This document shows, in pieces, positions 10,452 through 21,218 of a stretch of DNA of 64,000 nt (position 1 is its first letter; every line of letters begins with the position of its first letter). Source of the stretch: a virus; IMG/VR virus record IMGVR_UViG_3300020156_000022, positions 1 through 64,000 of that record; one strand, written 5' to 3'. The notes beneath the pieces are model-generated. The model saw nothing but the letters and a program-made list of their open reading frames with translations. It was not told where the DNA came from and did not search any database. A program made the translations under genes and the position numbers.

Positions 10452-11172
10452 ATTGCCGCCCTTCGACTAATCAGTATTAGTAATTAATCGACTAACTCAA
10501 TAATAGTAATAACAAAAAATCCTCCTGCGACCCCAAATAGCAAATATTGAAGTAGCCCTGTTGTTGTATTTGCTGCAATTATGGCTAGCAAGGTTACTAT
10601 AATAGCCCACTGGAAATTTTGCATTTAACTAATACCTGCCGCACTCATAGGGTAGACGATCCAAATTCCCCAACCCAGGATAGCTGTCAGAAAGATCAGG
10701 AACACACCTACCACCAACGCTTTAACGCTGCCTGCCTCAAAGCCGTAACCGACACTGCCAATTGCAGAGCATGCTGAAATTATAGTTGCAATAATTAGCA
10801 ATACCCATACTAGGGTAGCCACTTGATAAGACATAGTGCTCTATTCCTTATATTCATCTTGACTGGTAATGTGGAAGAATCCACAGCCGCCTTCGTCAAT
10901 TTCACATTCATATACCCTGACAGGCACCTTATTCCTATCAGAACTAGATCGTATTTCATCTACAGCAATTTGGGCTCGGTATCCTGTAGTAAATACAGTC
11001 TTATCCGGGAACCTCCAACACTTCGGAACTGAACGACGTTCCTCCTTAATTGGAGGAAGATAGGTGTCTAGTTCAATTCGCTTATTCTTGCGTCCCATTA
11101 GTTTCCTTTTACCATGATCATAATTTTATCAAAAAGATAGGTGACCCTTTCGAGTCACCTACCAAAGATTTA

Positions 11173-11625
11173 TTACACCTTCACAAGGCTCTTACGTCGC
11201 TTCTCGTCTCGATCGATAAGAGGCTTCATCAATGCCACCAGTGCCGCAGCGCGATCACGACCTGCCTGCTCGCGAAGTTCACGTTGCTCCTCAGAAAGAG
11301 TCTCCGCACGGATAGCCTCAATCACACCATCGTCGTTAGCACGGTAAACAGTACCCGCATCGCGACATGCCTCACACTTGCTAGGACGTCGGCCACGACC
11401 AATAGTGGTTACCATGAACTTCTTACCACAAGGACAGTCACGCTCAACCTGCTCAGGCTTGCCCTCAATATTCTGCTTACCACGAGGAGCAACAGGAACC
11501 TTGTATGCCTTACAAGCATTGCAGTTGACCTGAGGCCTGCCTCGCTTGATCTCTCGGTTGAAAGTCTTGGTGCACTCAGGGCTGAGCTGGTCACGGCAAG
11601 TCTCAATCGTGTACGAGATCTTCAT
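11173..11625 (-). CDS. tandem Zn-ribbon protein
   Basis: Two C..C/RGRP..CxxC units; promoter at 11655-11683 places the start at ATG 11625. Confidence 0.6.
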   Translation of the reverse strand: MKISYTIETCRDQLSPECTKTFNREIKRGRPQVNCNACKAYKVPVAPRGKQNIEGKPEQVERDCPCGKKFMVTTIGRGRRPSKCEACRDAGTVYRANDDGVIEAIRAETLSEEQRELREQAGRDRAAALVALMKPLIDRDEKRRKSLVKV

Positions 11626-12644
11626 GGTGATTGCCTTTCGTTGAAGTTGTCTACAGCTTAGCAACTAACCGCAGCGGTGTCAACTGCCTTCAGAAAACTA
11701 CTATGTGTAAGTCTCTGCCTTGATTATTGCGAGTCTCTATCAAATCGTGTAGAAAGGAAATCATATTATGTGATAAGTTGTTAATTCGAATTTCATGTGT
11801 CTTTTTTAGCTGCCACCACCTCTTACTTATTTTGTAGCTAGAGGCTGGAAACATAATTTTTATGCCACTTATTACTAAACCATTCTTTTTTCCTTTACCA
11901 GAAATAAAGACAGTATTCATTATTCCTCTACTTTAACTTTGACCGCATGCCCTGCTGGCATTTCAAAGTCTCCTTGAGACGTATACAACGTCACCCAAGG
12001 TTCGCCGGTGTTGGCATCATACCACTCTGTACGCCGAAGCACAACGGCGTAGCCGAAGATAGCAAACTCGTTATCCCCGTATTCATCACCATCAAGATCC
12101 AGTTCAAAGTCTGGTTCGATATCTTCAGCAAGAACATCTTTACAAATATTTATACTCATTATGTGTTTCCTTACTAACTTACGATAAAAGCCAGCCCATA
12201 AAAGAGCTGGCTAACTAGCCTATACTCTGCCAGCACCTCGGCAAACAGAGCAAGAGAACTTACCTTTAATACCTGTCCCCTTGCAGGCTGCGCAGGTAGA
12301 GTATTTAGAATTCAATTTTTTGATAGCTGCGCTCACAGACTTCTGATCAACTTTCTTACCCAAAATACTAAGCTCCTAAAATATCTGATTCAGCACGAAT
12401 AAAGCTGGATAAATTAAAGTAAAATAAGTGCCAATAGCATAAATATGGTACTTCAAAGGAATGTCTTCCTCTGCGTATCCTTTATGCCTGGAAAATATTA
12501 CTAAGCCTTTTCTGATGGGATAAATTATTGCAAAGCAAAATGTTAGCCAAATTACTATTACTAGTAATACGTCCATATCAGTGACTTTCGATAGATGTCC
12601 TATTTATATGATTAGGATACCATCTATCGAAAGTCACGTCAACG

Positions 12645-13019
12645 TCACCAATAAACAGTCATCAGATACTTTCCTGAGGGAATGATGTCATCCTTGTATA
12701 GACGATGTAGCACATGCCTCACTTCAACGCGCTGACTATACGAATAAGGGCGATCTGAAAAACTATCGTATTCTGACATATCAAGGCCTAGTGTTTGACC
12801 TGTCCTGATCCATTCGGCAACAATATCATCGTCACCAATAAAATCAAGCTCAGACTCACCATCTACGGTGAACTGATGATAAGTATTCTGGTGAATCAAT
12901 TCATCAGGAACCATGAAACCAAGAATACTGATATCTAGATCGTAGACTTCCTTGACGAGATCTTCAAGATCTTTGTACCAGAAAACCCTGACGTTGTTTT
13001 CCATCTTAAGTGTTTGCAT
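12645..13019 (-). CDS. hypothetical phage protein
   Basis: ORF ending L..LYKDDIIPSGKYLMTVYW, a common phage protein ending. Confidence 0.6.
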   Translation of the reverse strand: MQTLKMENNVRVFWYKDLEDLVKEVYDLDISILGFMVPDELIHQNTYHQFTVDGESELDFIGDDDIVAEWIRTGQTLGLDMSEYDSFSDRPYSYSQRVEVRHVLHRLYKDDIIPSGKYLMTVYW

Positions 13020-13819
13020 AACGGGGAACCCTTCCAGAGCCTAGGTAATAAAAACGACGCATAAAGAAAATCTTGTTGTGTCCACTACATCCGTGGAAAT
13101 TGCGAGGGATAGGGCCAAGAACAATATTACCAGGAACAATAAGACTAATAGCTGCTGAACCGTAAAGTTCGGGCAACAAAACAGAGGGGTTTTCCTCCAG
13201 CACAAAGAATTTCGTCTCAGAAAGATCATAGTCGTGGGTCCTTCTTAGACGGCCAGTCCTGTTCTCATAACCTCGCAACCAAACCCTGTAATCGTTTGCT
13301 GTAGCTGGGCGGCAGAATTGCAAGAATTCCTCCCTGCGCTCCCAAACCAGATCTTCTGGGCTTCGTTGTTTAGGCTCTTCTGAGTTTACTTCAATTTTAC
13401 TTAGAAGTATAGCTGAGAATTTGATAATGTCCTCAGCAGCGGAACGTGCAAGCTTGAGATGATGTGCAATCCAAGCCTTATCGTCAGCAGTGAGATAACT
13501 ATTCATAGCGATTCCTCTACAGTAATAATCTCTGGGTTGCAATTACAACCTCGGCATGGCTAAGACACTACCAGGTGGTCAACGAGATGTCAACCACCTG
13601 GCAAAATTACTTAGTTTGCCTGCTCAGCATACATAACTAGTTCCCCAGCTTCCTCACGCATAACAAGCCGGGTATTGTCAGGGAAATTACTATCCCAAAA
13701 ATCTTTATCCCGAGAAATAACTACCCTACCACCTAATAGGTGAGTCAGCCACCATACTACCGCGACCACCTGATCCATATGTTCAGGATCGAATAGCTCT
13801 TCATCAACTAATTCATCCA

Positions 13820-14689
13820 TCATACAGACACAGATCCTGTTAGTTTTGGGTGATGAAAATAGCCATGAAGACTGAAATCATCCAGCTCATAATCAAAAAT
13901 GCCCTGGCCTCGCTCGCGCTTAATAAGGACAGGAAGATTATTGTAGGCAATTCTGGTTAGTTGCTGCTTGATCTGATCAACATGGTTAGTATAGATGTGT
14001 ACATTAGTTAGATCGTGAATAAGTACTCCAGGCATATATCCAGACTGATCTGCGAATATATGTAGCAGCAATGCATACTCGGCAATATTATATGGCACGC
14101 CAAGGAATACGTCACATGAACGCTGATGCATTTTCATGTTCAGAGTGTTCCTGGAGAAATCAACATAAAGCTCAAAAGCCCAATGGCAAGGAGGCAAAGC
14201 CATTTCGTTTAGTTGATTGGGATTCCAAGCACTGACTACCATTCTACGAGAATATGGATTAGTCTTCAGTTCGTTAAGAACCCATTCAATTTGATCAACA
14301 CCCTTATAATTTAGATCTAGGCCGTTAAACCCAATATTGAAAGGATTATAAGGGTACTGCCCATTGAAATTACGCCATTGAAAACCATATACAGGTCCAA
14401 GATCTCCAGATTCATTTTTAGCCCACTTACGCCAAATACCAAAGCCCATATCAGCTAATTCATTAGCATCAGTAGAACCTTTGAGCATCCAAAGAATTTC
14501 TGCTTTAATATGCTCAAACCCGGCAGTCATGTCTTTAGTTGTCAACAAAGGAAAACCCTCACTCAGATCAAACTTCATCTGATGCGAAAAAATAGATAAT
14601 GTTCCTGTACCTGTCCTATCTTCTCTCAATTCCCCCTCTGTCAAAATCTTTTTACAAAGATTCAAATATTGGTTGTCAGCGTTATTCAT
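13820..14689 (-). CDS. thyA: thymidylate synthase
   Basis: DRTGTGT, LGPVYGFQWR, SRR, MALPPCH, QRSCDVFLGVPYNIAEY, HIYTNH. Confidence 0.97.
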   Translation of the reverse strand: MNNADNQYLNLCKKILTEGELREDRTGTGTLSIFSHQMKFDLSEGFPLLTTKDMTAGFEHIKAEILWMLKGSTDANELADMGFGIWRKWAKNESGDLGPVYGFQWRNFNGQYPYNPFNIGFNGLDLNYKGVDQIEWVLNELKTNPYSRRMVVSAWNPNQLNEMALPPCHWAFELYVDFSRNTLNMKMHQRSCDVFLGVPYNIAEYALLLHIFADQSGYMPGVLIHDLTNVHIYTNHVDQIKQQLTRIAYNNLPVLIKRERGQGIFDYELDDFSLHGYFHHPKLTGSVSV

Positions 14690-15153
14690 TTATCTCCTTT
14701 ACTCGAATACCTAGACCGTTGCCATACACCTTTGGCTCCTTCAGGAAGGCATCTCTAGCTGCCCTGAGTTTATCGTACAATCCCGACGGGCGAGGTACGG
14801 TGCCTGAGTCTAGAAGAGTACATAATTCCACATAATTTAAATCAACACTTACTATTTCTTCCATGCCTTACAATCCTCGCTCCAATACTCCATTAGTAAC
14901 AGGACTCAGCTCAAGAATAGGATCAAAGCTTTCACGCTCAATATACTTTTCACGAAGTTTCTTATATATATAGTAAGGGACTCTCACTTCAAAGTACAAG
15001 ACCTCCTGAGGATTATCCCAGTATTGCATAGCCATGACAGCCGTAACTTCATATCGTTGATAATTGAGTCCAGCTAATCCAGAAAAACTTCTCATCCAAG
15101 CTAGCAGTTTTCCTAGTTCTTCTGGAGTATAACACTTAACTATCTTGGCTTTC

Positions 15154-15309
15154 TTAAACAAGCCCATATCGTTTCCTTAACCTATCAGCAATCTGATCCT
15201 TGGTTGGCTCTTGCCACTTATGCCAGCCTGTTTCCTTAGTCCAGATCTGACCGTAGTTCTTTACGTGCCAATCAAGATTGCATGCTCCACATACTGTGCT
15301 ATGACTCAT
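15154..15309 (-). CDS. 51 aa CxxC protein, paralogue of 15572-15736
   Basis: MSHSTVCGAC...TGWHKWQEP; starts just after a repeat copy. Confidence 0.6.
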   Translation of the reverse strand: MSHSTVCGACNLDWHVKNYGQIWTKETGWHKWQEPTKDQIADRLRKRYGLV

Positions 15310-15571
15310 GTCTTGTCCAATCCAAGTGTAGGTAAGTATATATTCCTAAGGGATAGGGTCTATGCTAGGTCTTACACCAGTACAAAAATTGATGTGATCC
15401 TCAGATCCCCAAAAGTAACATTCAGCTAACCACTCTGCTACAGCAGCAACATCATTGAGCCCAAGCCTATCTTTAATTTTCTCAAATTCGTCTTCTGTCA
15501 AAGAAACTTCAAACTGTATCCTCATTCTACTCCAATCCAAGTGTAGGTAAGTATATATTCCTAGCGTAGGG

Positions 15572-15736
15572 CTACCATGGTGATTTACGTCTAGATCTTT
15601 TCTGGCTTTTGCGTTGCTCAACTAAACGCTCTGATGGTTTTTTCCAGTCATGCCAAGCACCGTTAAAGAATATTTTCTCTGTGTGGTAGCAATTGCAGAT
15701 AGCACAATCCAGCTCATATACATGACCTCTTGGCAT
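15572..15736 (-). CDS. 54 aa CxxC protein
   Basis: MPRGHVYELDCAIC...GAWHDWKKP; AGAAAGGA RBS. Confidence 0.6.
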   Translation of the reverse strand: MPRGHVYELDCAICNCYHTEKIFFNGAWHDWKKPSERLVEQRKSQKRSRRKSPW

Positions 15737-15820
15737 GGTGATCCTTTCTTGTTTGAAGTGTAGGTAAGTATATATTCCTAGGTAGAGCCAGCCTTACTGA
15801 ATACTCTACCTAGATCAAAA

Positions 15821-16066
15821 TCAGATGTCGAATTCCCCATCCTTGGCACCATCGATAAATGCAATCCATTCATCGCGAGTGAAGGTCAAGATTGGACCAC
15901 TACCATTATCCTTGGTGTCTCGCACTAGAACCTGATCAGGATTCTTCATGACTTCAACACAGTTACCTGATGGATTGCTCCTGGTGCTCTTAGCCCAGAC
16001 TGCATTAACCTCAACGCAGTTGTTTCCACCATTACCATTACTGCGACTTGACTTCTTCCAACTCAT
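15821..16066 (-). CDS. DUF397 (BldB-like) protein with duplicated N-terminal motif
   Basis: WKKSSRS...NCVEV twice, then VLVRDTKD...LTFTRDEWIAFIDGAKDGEFD. Confidence 0.9.
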   Translation of the reverse strand: MSWKKSSRSNGNGGNNCVEVNAVWAKSTRSNPSGNCVEVMKNPDQVLVRDTKDNGSGPILTFTRDEWIAFIDGAKDGEFDI

Positions 16067-16554
16067 TTTCTATCTCTCTTTCTCTAGTCTGGAATCCTTG
16101 TGATTCCAAGTGTAGGTAAGTATATATTCCTAGCTAGGGTAGGTACCTGATATAGCTTACAACCTTCACAGGTTTCGTTACCTCAGCCAAGGCTTCATCG
16201 AAACTGTCCTTGACGAACATCAGATCATATCTTCTGGTAAAGCCATTCCAGAAATATACCAGCCATTTATCCGGCTTACCTTTTCTAATTTTGTAGCGAG
16301 GTCTGTGCCGTTTCATTAGAATTTCCATCTTGTATTTTCGTCGATGACAGCTTGAACACGCCTGAAAGTTACATATCCTTGTTCGTCTACTTGCAGTTTT
16401 CCGTCAATCAGTTTAGTACCTAAGTAACTTACAGATTGATAGCTTTCTAGATCCTCAATTACTAAAAAATTATCGTGACAGGAAAGTGTACTCCAATGCC
16501 CAGCATAGCCCTTTCCATTTAGAAATCCTTGAGCATAATCTGCTTGCATTCTCA

Positions 16555-16644
16555 TTAGAATTCCTCTACCTTAGTTATTCCGTTAACCAGCTTGAAGCGA
16601 TACCTACGATCTGCGAATTCACTGAAAGCATCAGAATGGGTTAC
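16555..16644 (-). pseudogene. displaced original 3' end of the Rad50 C-terminal gene
   Basis: Reads VTHSDAFSEFADRRYRFKLVNGITKVEEF*, matching the C-terminus of 17502-18167; no start codon. Confidence 0.85.
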
Positions 16645-16796
16645 TTCTCTAATCTCTTATGAAACTTCTCATGTAAGGCTACATCAATCACATAAGTTCC
16701 GCAGTCCAAGCAGGCTTGTGCGTTGGGATGTGATATATCTCCATAGCTAAGCTTTCTATATCTGTATTCAGTAATTTTAGTTTCTTTATCTGTCAT
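16641..16796 (-). CDS. 51 aa C2H2-like Zn-finger protein
   Basis: CLDC...LHEKFH; overlaps the HNH stop (ATGA). Confidence 0.6.
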   Translation of the reverse strand: MTDKETKITEYRYRKLSYGDISHPNAQACLDCGTYVIDVALHEKFHKRLEK

Positions 16797-17521
16797 TTAG
16801 AGATCATCCTTTTATACACTTTAAGCATTTCCCAGACTGTAGGAATACTATCTTTTTTTGAACAATTACAACTAGGACATAGCACTTGAGCATTAGCATA
16901 CATATGCAGTCCATTACGGGCAAGAGGCCAAATATGATCTAGATGCCATTGATCTAAATAATTTAGGGCTATCCTGCATCTTTGGCAAACTCCAGCATCT
17001 CTCTCCCATAATACGTCCTTCTTGATAGTTTCAACGAACAACCCTTTTTTCTTTAGTTTTCTTGCTGTATTGGACGCTCGTCTCCATGCTTTACCGGCGT
17101 CAGATTTCTCCCATGCCTGGTATCTCATCTTAGCCAGTTCTGGATTTTCCAGTCTATACTTGCGTTGTCGTAGAGCTGCTGATTTTCTATATTCCGGCGT
17201 TTTGTGCTTAGCTAAAATAATTTCTTTGTTTGTGTTGTAGTATTCTTTAGAATACTTTTTGATGGTGTCTGGGTGTCTTTCTCTATATCTCTGAGATTTT
17301 GCCGTACTAACATCTTTGTTAGATTTAGCATATTTAGTAGTAGCTAATCTTGTAGCTTCTTTACCTTTCGGAGTTGCTCGATATTCTCTAAATCTCCGAG
17401 CAACACAAGCTTTGCATGTAGTATTGTATCCTGTCTTATGTCTTTTAGATTTTCCAAAGTTAGATAATGGCTGAGGCATTGCCTCAGCACACTCAGGATT
17501 CTTACATTTTTGTGTTTCCAT
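16793..17521 (-). CDS. free-standing HNH homing endonuclease
   Basis: CQRC...HLDHIWPLARNGLH..NAQVLCPSCNCSK; basic N-terminal CxxC region. Confidence 0.9.
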   Translation of the reverse strand: METQKCKNPECAEAMPQPLSNFGKSKRHKTGYNTTCKACVARRFREYRATPKGKEATRLATTKYAKSNKDVSTAKSQRYRERHPDTIKKYSKEYYNTNKEIILAKHKTPEYRKSAALRQRKYRLENPELAKMRYQAWEKSDAGKAWRRASNTARKLKKKGLFVETIKKDVLWERDAGVCQRCRIALNYLDQWHLDHIWPLARNGLHMYANAQVLCPSCNCSKKDSIPTVWEMLKVYKRMISK

Positions 17522-18167
17522 GAATCTCTTCCACCTTCGTTACACCATTTACGAGTTTAAACCTATATGCTCGATCGGCGAATTCGGTGTAAGCATCACT
17601 ATGTGTGACTAATATTACGGAAACTCGTGTCTTGTCTACTAGCTCTTTGATGAATTCAGCCAGAGGTCTTTCGTATTCTGCTGAGACATGAGAGAATGAT
17701 TCGTCTAGCACTAGAAGAGGTTCCTTGGAATCCTTACTTAGGAGCAGGACAACCAATCTCAGCAGGAAGCCTACCACGGCTGCCAATCCTCCGCCACGAG
17801 AGTCCATAACGGAGGTCTCTACAAGAGTGCCGTTAAGGCCCCTAGATTGAATTGTGAATTTAACTTCTGGCGTCTTGCCCCTCTGGGTCTGGGTAAGGTG
17901 AAAAGAGATGTCCTCGCCGAAAATAGTAGTCAATCCTCTGGTTACTAATTCTTCAATCTGCTGTTGTGCGTCTGCTTGTCGTTGCTCACCAATAGAAGCC
18001 AGGGTGATTGCTACTTTGTTGTACAGATCTACATCTTGAGAGGCTAATTCAATTTCCTCAGTAAGTTGTTTTCCTGTAGTAGCAATCACCCTGGCTTCTG
18101 CGATTCGGCGATCAATGATTTTTCGAGCAGATTGAACTCTCTTACTTAATTCTGTTAGATTGTCCAA
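17502..18167 (-). CDS. Rad50/SbcC-like ATPase, C-terminal half
   Basis: Coiled coil, signature-like SRGGG, Walker B LLVLDE, H-loop LVTH; no Walker A. Confidence 0.85.
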   Translation of the reverse strand: MDNLTELSKRVQSARKIIDRRIAEARVIATTGKQLTEEIELASQDVDLYNKVAITLASIGEQRQADAQQQIEELVTRGLTTIFGEDISFHLTQTQRGKTPEVKFTIQSRGLNGTLVETSVMDSRGGGLAAVVGFLLRLVVLLLSKDSKEPLLVLDESFSHVSAEYERPLAEFIKELVDKTRVSVILVTHSDAYTEFADRAYRFKLVNGVTKVEEIHGNTKM

Positions 18168-18816
18168 TCGTAATATCCTCTTCCTTCATACCTACTGCTT
18201 TTAGCAATTTTATTGCTTCCTTCAGTTCCTTTTCGTGTACTTTCTTTTCAGCTTCAAGAGCTTTGTTACGCTCAATGGTGACAAGCATTTTTTCAGGGTC
18301 AGTCTTTGGCAGAAACTTCTCAATAAAAAGAAGTTTTAGGTAGATAAAGTGGAGACTAAATCCAATCAGAAAGAAAGGCCAGAAAAATCCACCAAGTACG
18401 GCAGCGGCATTATAATCCATACTGTCATATCTCTTAGTATCTTTGATGGCTTCACGAATCTTTCCTTCTTCAGTGGAGGAGTACGTTCTGCCGTACCACC
18501 TTTTAAAGGACTTATTAAAAGACCTGTTACGAGAATAGACTGAGACGGGCAGACCAATGCCCGTATAAGCCAGAATGCTGAGAATAACAATTAATGCAGT
18601 CATAGTGATTTTACTTTCTTGTTGATGAAATAGTTGGCGATACAAGTAAGTACGAAAAGGCTAGTAGGAATAGCTACGATTTTACTAGCAGTAATGAGCG
18701 CAGCCTTATTCTCTTTTAGAAGATCTGCCCAGGACATTTCAATCCCAGGCAGATCTTCATCATACATCAATTCCAAACCATCCATACCTTCACCATATCA
18801 CAGGTGGTTGCGTTGG

Positions 18817-19251
18817 TCAAGTAGGGTTTGACCTGGAAGAACAGTAATTTTGCTCGGCATCCTGAGCGAATTCTACAGCATCGTTCTCAGCCATACCGGC
18901 CGCAGAGACAACACCTTCGATCAGACTCTTTCGTGGCTCATCTTGCCAGTTTCCTGAGGAAATCAAGTCACAAGTGCTGTTAGCAGTCTTAAGAATGACA
19001 AACTCAGGAATTGCAGGATACTTCTTCCCCCAACGCTCAGCAAATTGAGTAGCAGGAGTACCTGCTTCTGAAGTAGTAGCGGTTGGCTCAGCATCGCGAG
19101 TAGGCACCGTAGAAGGCTCTGTAGTGGCCGTAGACGGTTTAACAGAAGTAGTTGGTACGGAAGGGGTGGTTCCGGTAATAGAGCTGCTGTCACAGGCATT
19201 TAATCCCAATGCTGCGAAGACCATAACAGCAATAACAGTAGTGCGTTTCAT
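18817..19251 (-). CDS. lipoprotein with Thr/Pro-rich linker
   Basis: Signal peptide with lipobox LNAC. Confidence 0.75.
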   Translation of the reverse strand: MKRTTVIAVMVFAALGLNACDSSSITGTTPSVPTTSVKPSTATTEPSTVPTRDAEPTATTSEAGTPATQFAERWGKKYPAIPEFVILKTANSTCDLISSGNWQDEPRKSLIEGVVSAAGMAENDAVEFAQDAEQNYCSSRSNPT

Positions 19252-19313
19252 CTAATTCTCCTTAAATACAGCAAGAGGTAGACCCTTATGAGCCTACCTC
19301 CTACAGAATAGTA

Positions 19314-19604
19314 TCAGTTATAGTAAATCTTTACAGCTCGACGAATCGCATCAAGGTATGGACGATCCCATTCTTGAACTTCTTGACTAAGCTCCTCGAA
19401 AGGAATCAAATCCTTGTGATTTGGCTTTGTACGATTACGCCAGATTGCCCAAGCTTCATGGACATCCTTTAGTGTAACATCTAACTTCTTAGTCATGCCA
19501 AGAAGTTCATACATTTCAACAAGATCGTCGCAATTATTCATGTAACTATCAATTGCGACTAGTTCAGCCTTCAGAATATCGAAAAAGGTCTGTACATAAT
19601 TCAT
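19314..19604 (-). CDS. RyR-domain-like small phage protein
   Basis: VHEAWAIWR...HKDLIPFEELSQEVQEWD. Confidence 0.6.
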   Translation of the reverse strand: MNYVQTFFDILKAELVAIDSYMNNCDDLVEMYELLGMTKKLDVTLKDVHEAWAIWRNRTKPNHKDLIPFEELSQEVQEWDRPYLDAIRRAVKIYYN

Positions 19605-20239
19605 AGGGATTTAGCTTCTCCTAAATTAACACGTCTCTTCGCGTGTATCTACAATATCACCAGCATCAAGCATCTCTTGAAAAGTTGCAATCATAGATTC
19701 TTGGTTTTTTGATGTAAGATTATCAAAATTAAGTTCAGGGATGGTTACCAAATTCTGTTTTTCTCGGTAGATTTCCCAATGTCGCCGAGCCAGACCTTCA
19801 GCACTATCTTCGATCATCATATTCCTCACCCTAACAGAAAAAGGCAGGCCCGTCAAGACCTGCCTTTTGTGGATCATATCAGTAGGCTAACCCCACCAGG
19901 ACCTACCAGCAATCCAATAATGATCAACGCAACTCCCCATACAATATCACGTTGAACAATTTTGACGATTCCGAATACTACTAGAATTACCGCTATCAGC
20001 CACAATAGAAATTCCATAATTAGCTCCCAATGTCTGTTTTGAACTAATTACTATTATCGGCCTCAGAGATAAACTTAATATACTCGACTTGAGCCCAGGT
20101 AAGCAATAGGGCTAGCAAAATACTAGGAATAAGAAATACTAGATTACCATCTACAGCTATCACAATAGCTATGAACCAACTAAAGCCCATAGATGCCATT
20201 AGCAATTTTTCGAACCTATTAACCGTCGTTCTCTCCATG

Positions 20240-20321
20240 AGGAAGATAAAGGAATCGAACCCTCACCCTTGCGGACGGCACTCCTTAGCAAGGAGTTTCA
20301 CTGACCTCAGCGCTATCTTCC
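20240..20321 (-). tRNA. tRNA-Ser(GCT)
   Basis: ACTCC-TTGCTAA-GGAGT arm, long variable arm, TTCGATT T-loop. Confidence 0.85.
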
Positions 20322-20481
20322 AGGTGCCCGTCTTTCCGAGCTGTCAACAGTATACAGCATCTCTCAGCGTACTGCAACACCTACTCACGAGGCATAGAGC
20401 ATTTCACACACTTCTTAGCTTCATAAGTATTAGACTTACTACAGAAATAGCAAATCCATCCAAAAATACTTAGCGACATAG

Positions 20482-20781
20482 TCAATTCCTTATCATATAA
20501 CGACGACCCCATATGGTTATATCACCTTTTAGCGTTGCCTTGATTACACGATGATGGCCGTTATAAAGGAATAATTTATATGTCCACATAACTACATGGA
20601 CATAATCATCATCTGTAGGATTACGTTTACTCGTCTGGAATAGTTGAGCAATAACTAAACAGTCCTGAGTCAAATAAAGCTCATTGAATCTTATTAATTC
20701 AATAGAGCAATTCATCCAAGACTCAGGACCATCAGGCAGTTCTTTACGATCTACTATTCCCGCAAAGGGGAAATTACTCAT
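20482..20781 (-). CDS. ParB/Srx-like domain protein
   Basis: LYLTQ...VV..LYNGHHR. Confidence 0.6.
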   Translation of the reverse strand: MSNFPFAGIVDRKELPDGPESWMNCSIELIRFNELYLTQDCLVIAQLFQTSKRNPTDDDYVHVVMWTYKLFLYNGHHRVIKATLKGDITIWGRRYMIRN

Positions 20782-21218
20782 TCGTAGAAAGTAACCAAAC
20801 GTTCTTGAGGTTTTACTTCAGTAGTGTCGCCATCAAGATAACCACCATCGTAAGAAGCGTACCAGCCATCCTTACGGAAATAGCGAGTAGTTAGTCCATC
20901 AGAAATAGAAACAACCACCCAATACTGATCTCCTTCACCTTCACCACCATGCTCGGCTACTCGCTCAGCAGTCCAGTCGTCAACGGTGTACTTACCACCT
21001 TCATACTTAACCTGCTTCCAAGCTGATTCGTTCTCTTCCAGATTAGAGAAATCGTCATCCTCATCTAAGTCGTATTCAGCCCTTAGACTATCTTGCCAGG
21101 TCTGCCCATCACGATAGCTATACTTAGACTGATACTCAGCATGAGCGCCAGCCAGGATAACCTCTAGTGCCTTTGAAGCAGCTTCACTTACTGACATATC
21201 GTTTAGTGACTTTTGCAT
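20778..21218 (-). CDS. phage protein, paralogue 4 of tandem SY-motif family
   Basis: GGEGEGDQYWVV...YFRKDGWYASYDG...VKPQERLVTFYE. Confidence 0.75.
   Translation of the reverse strand: MQKSLNDMSVSEAASKALEVILAGAHAEYQSKYSYRDGQTWQDSLRAEYDLDEDDDFSNLEENESAWKQVKYEGGKYTVDDWTAERVAEHGGEGEGDQYWVVVSISDGLTTRYFRKDGWYASYDGGYLDGDTTEVKPQERLVTFYE

Larger units (their letters stand above)
15316..16133. repeat. four copies of a 25-33 bp repeat at gene junctions
   Basis: Core AAGTGTAGGTAAGTATATATTCCTA within 15316-15348, 15531-15564, 15756-15781, 16105-16133. Confidence 0.95.

Noticed and set aside
15526-15621. Upstream start of ORF 15346-15621 running through the repeat
   Set aside because: It overlaps the 15572-15736 ORF; ATG 15525 with a GGAG RBS just after the repeat is more plausible.
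15316-16133. CRISPR array interpretation of the repeat
   Set aside because: Intervals are about 180-320 nt, unequal and each holds an ORF. No cas1/cas2 is present, and the Cas4-like gene at 30803 is an ordinary phage PD-(D/E)xK exonuclease in a replication operon.
16645-17609. Group I intron containing the HNH gene
   Set aside because: No room for an intron core: the interval is filled by a duplicate gene end, the HNH gene and a small ORF, and the host gene is already complete.
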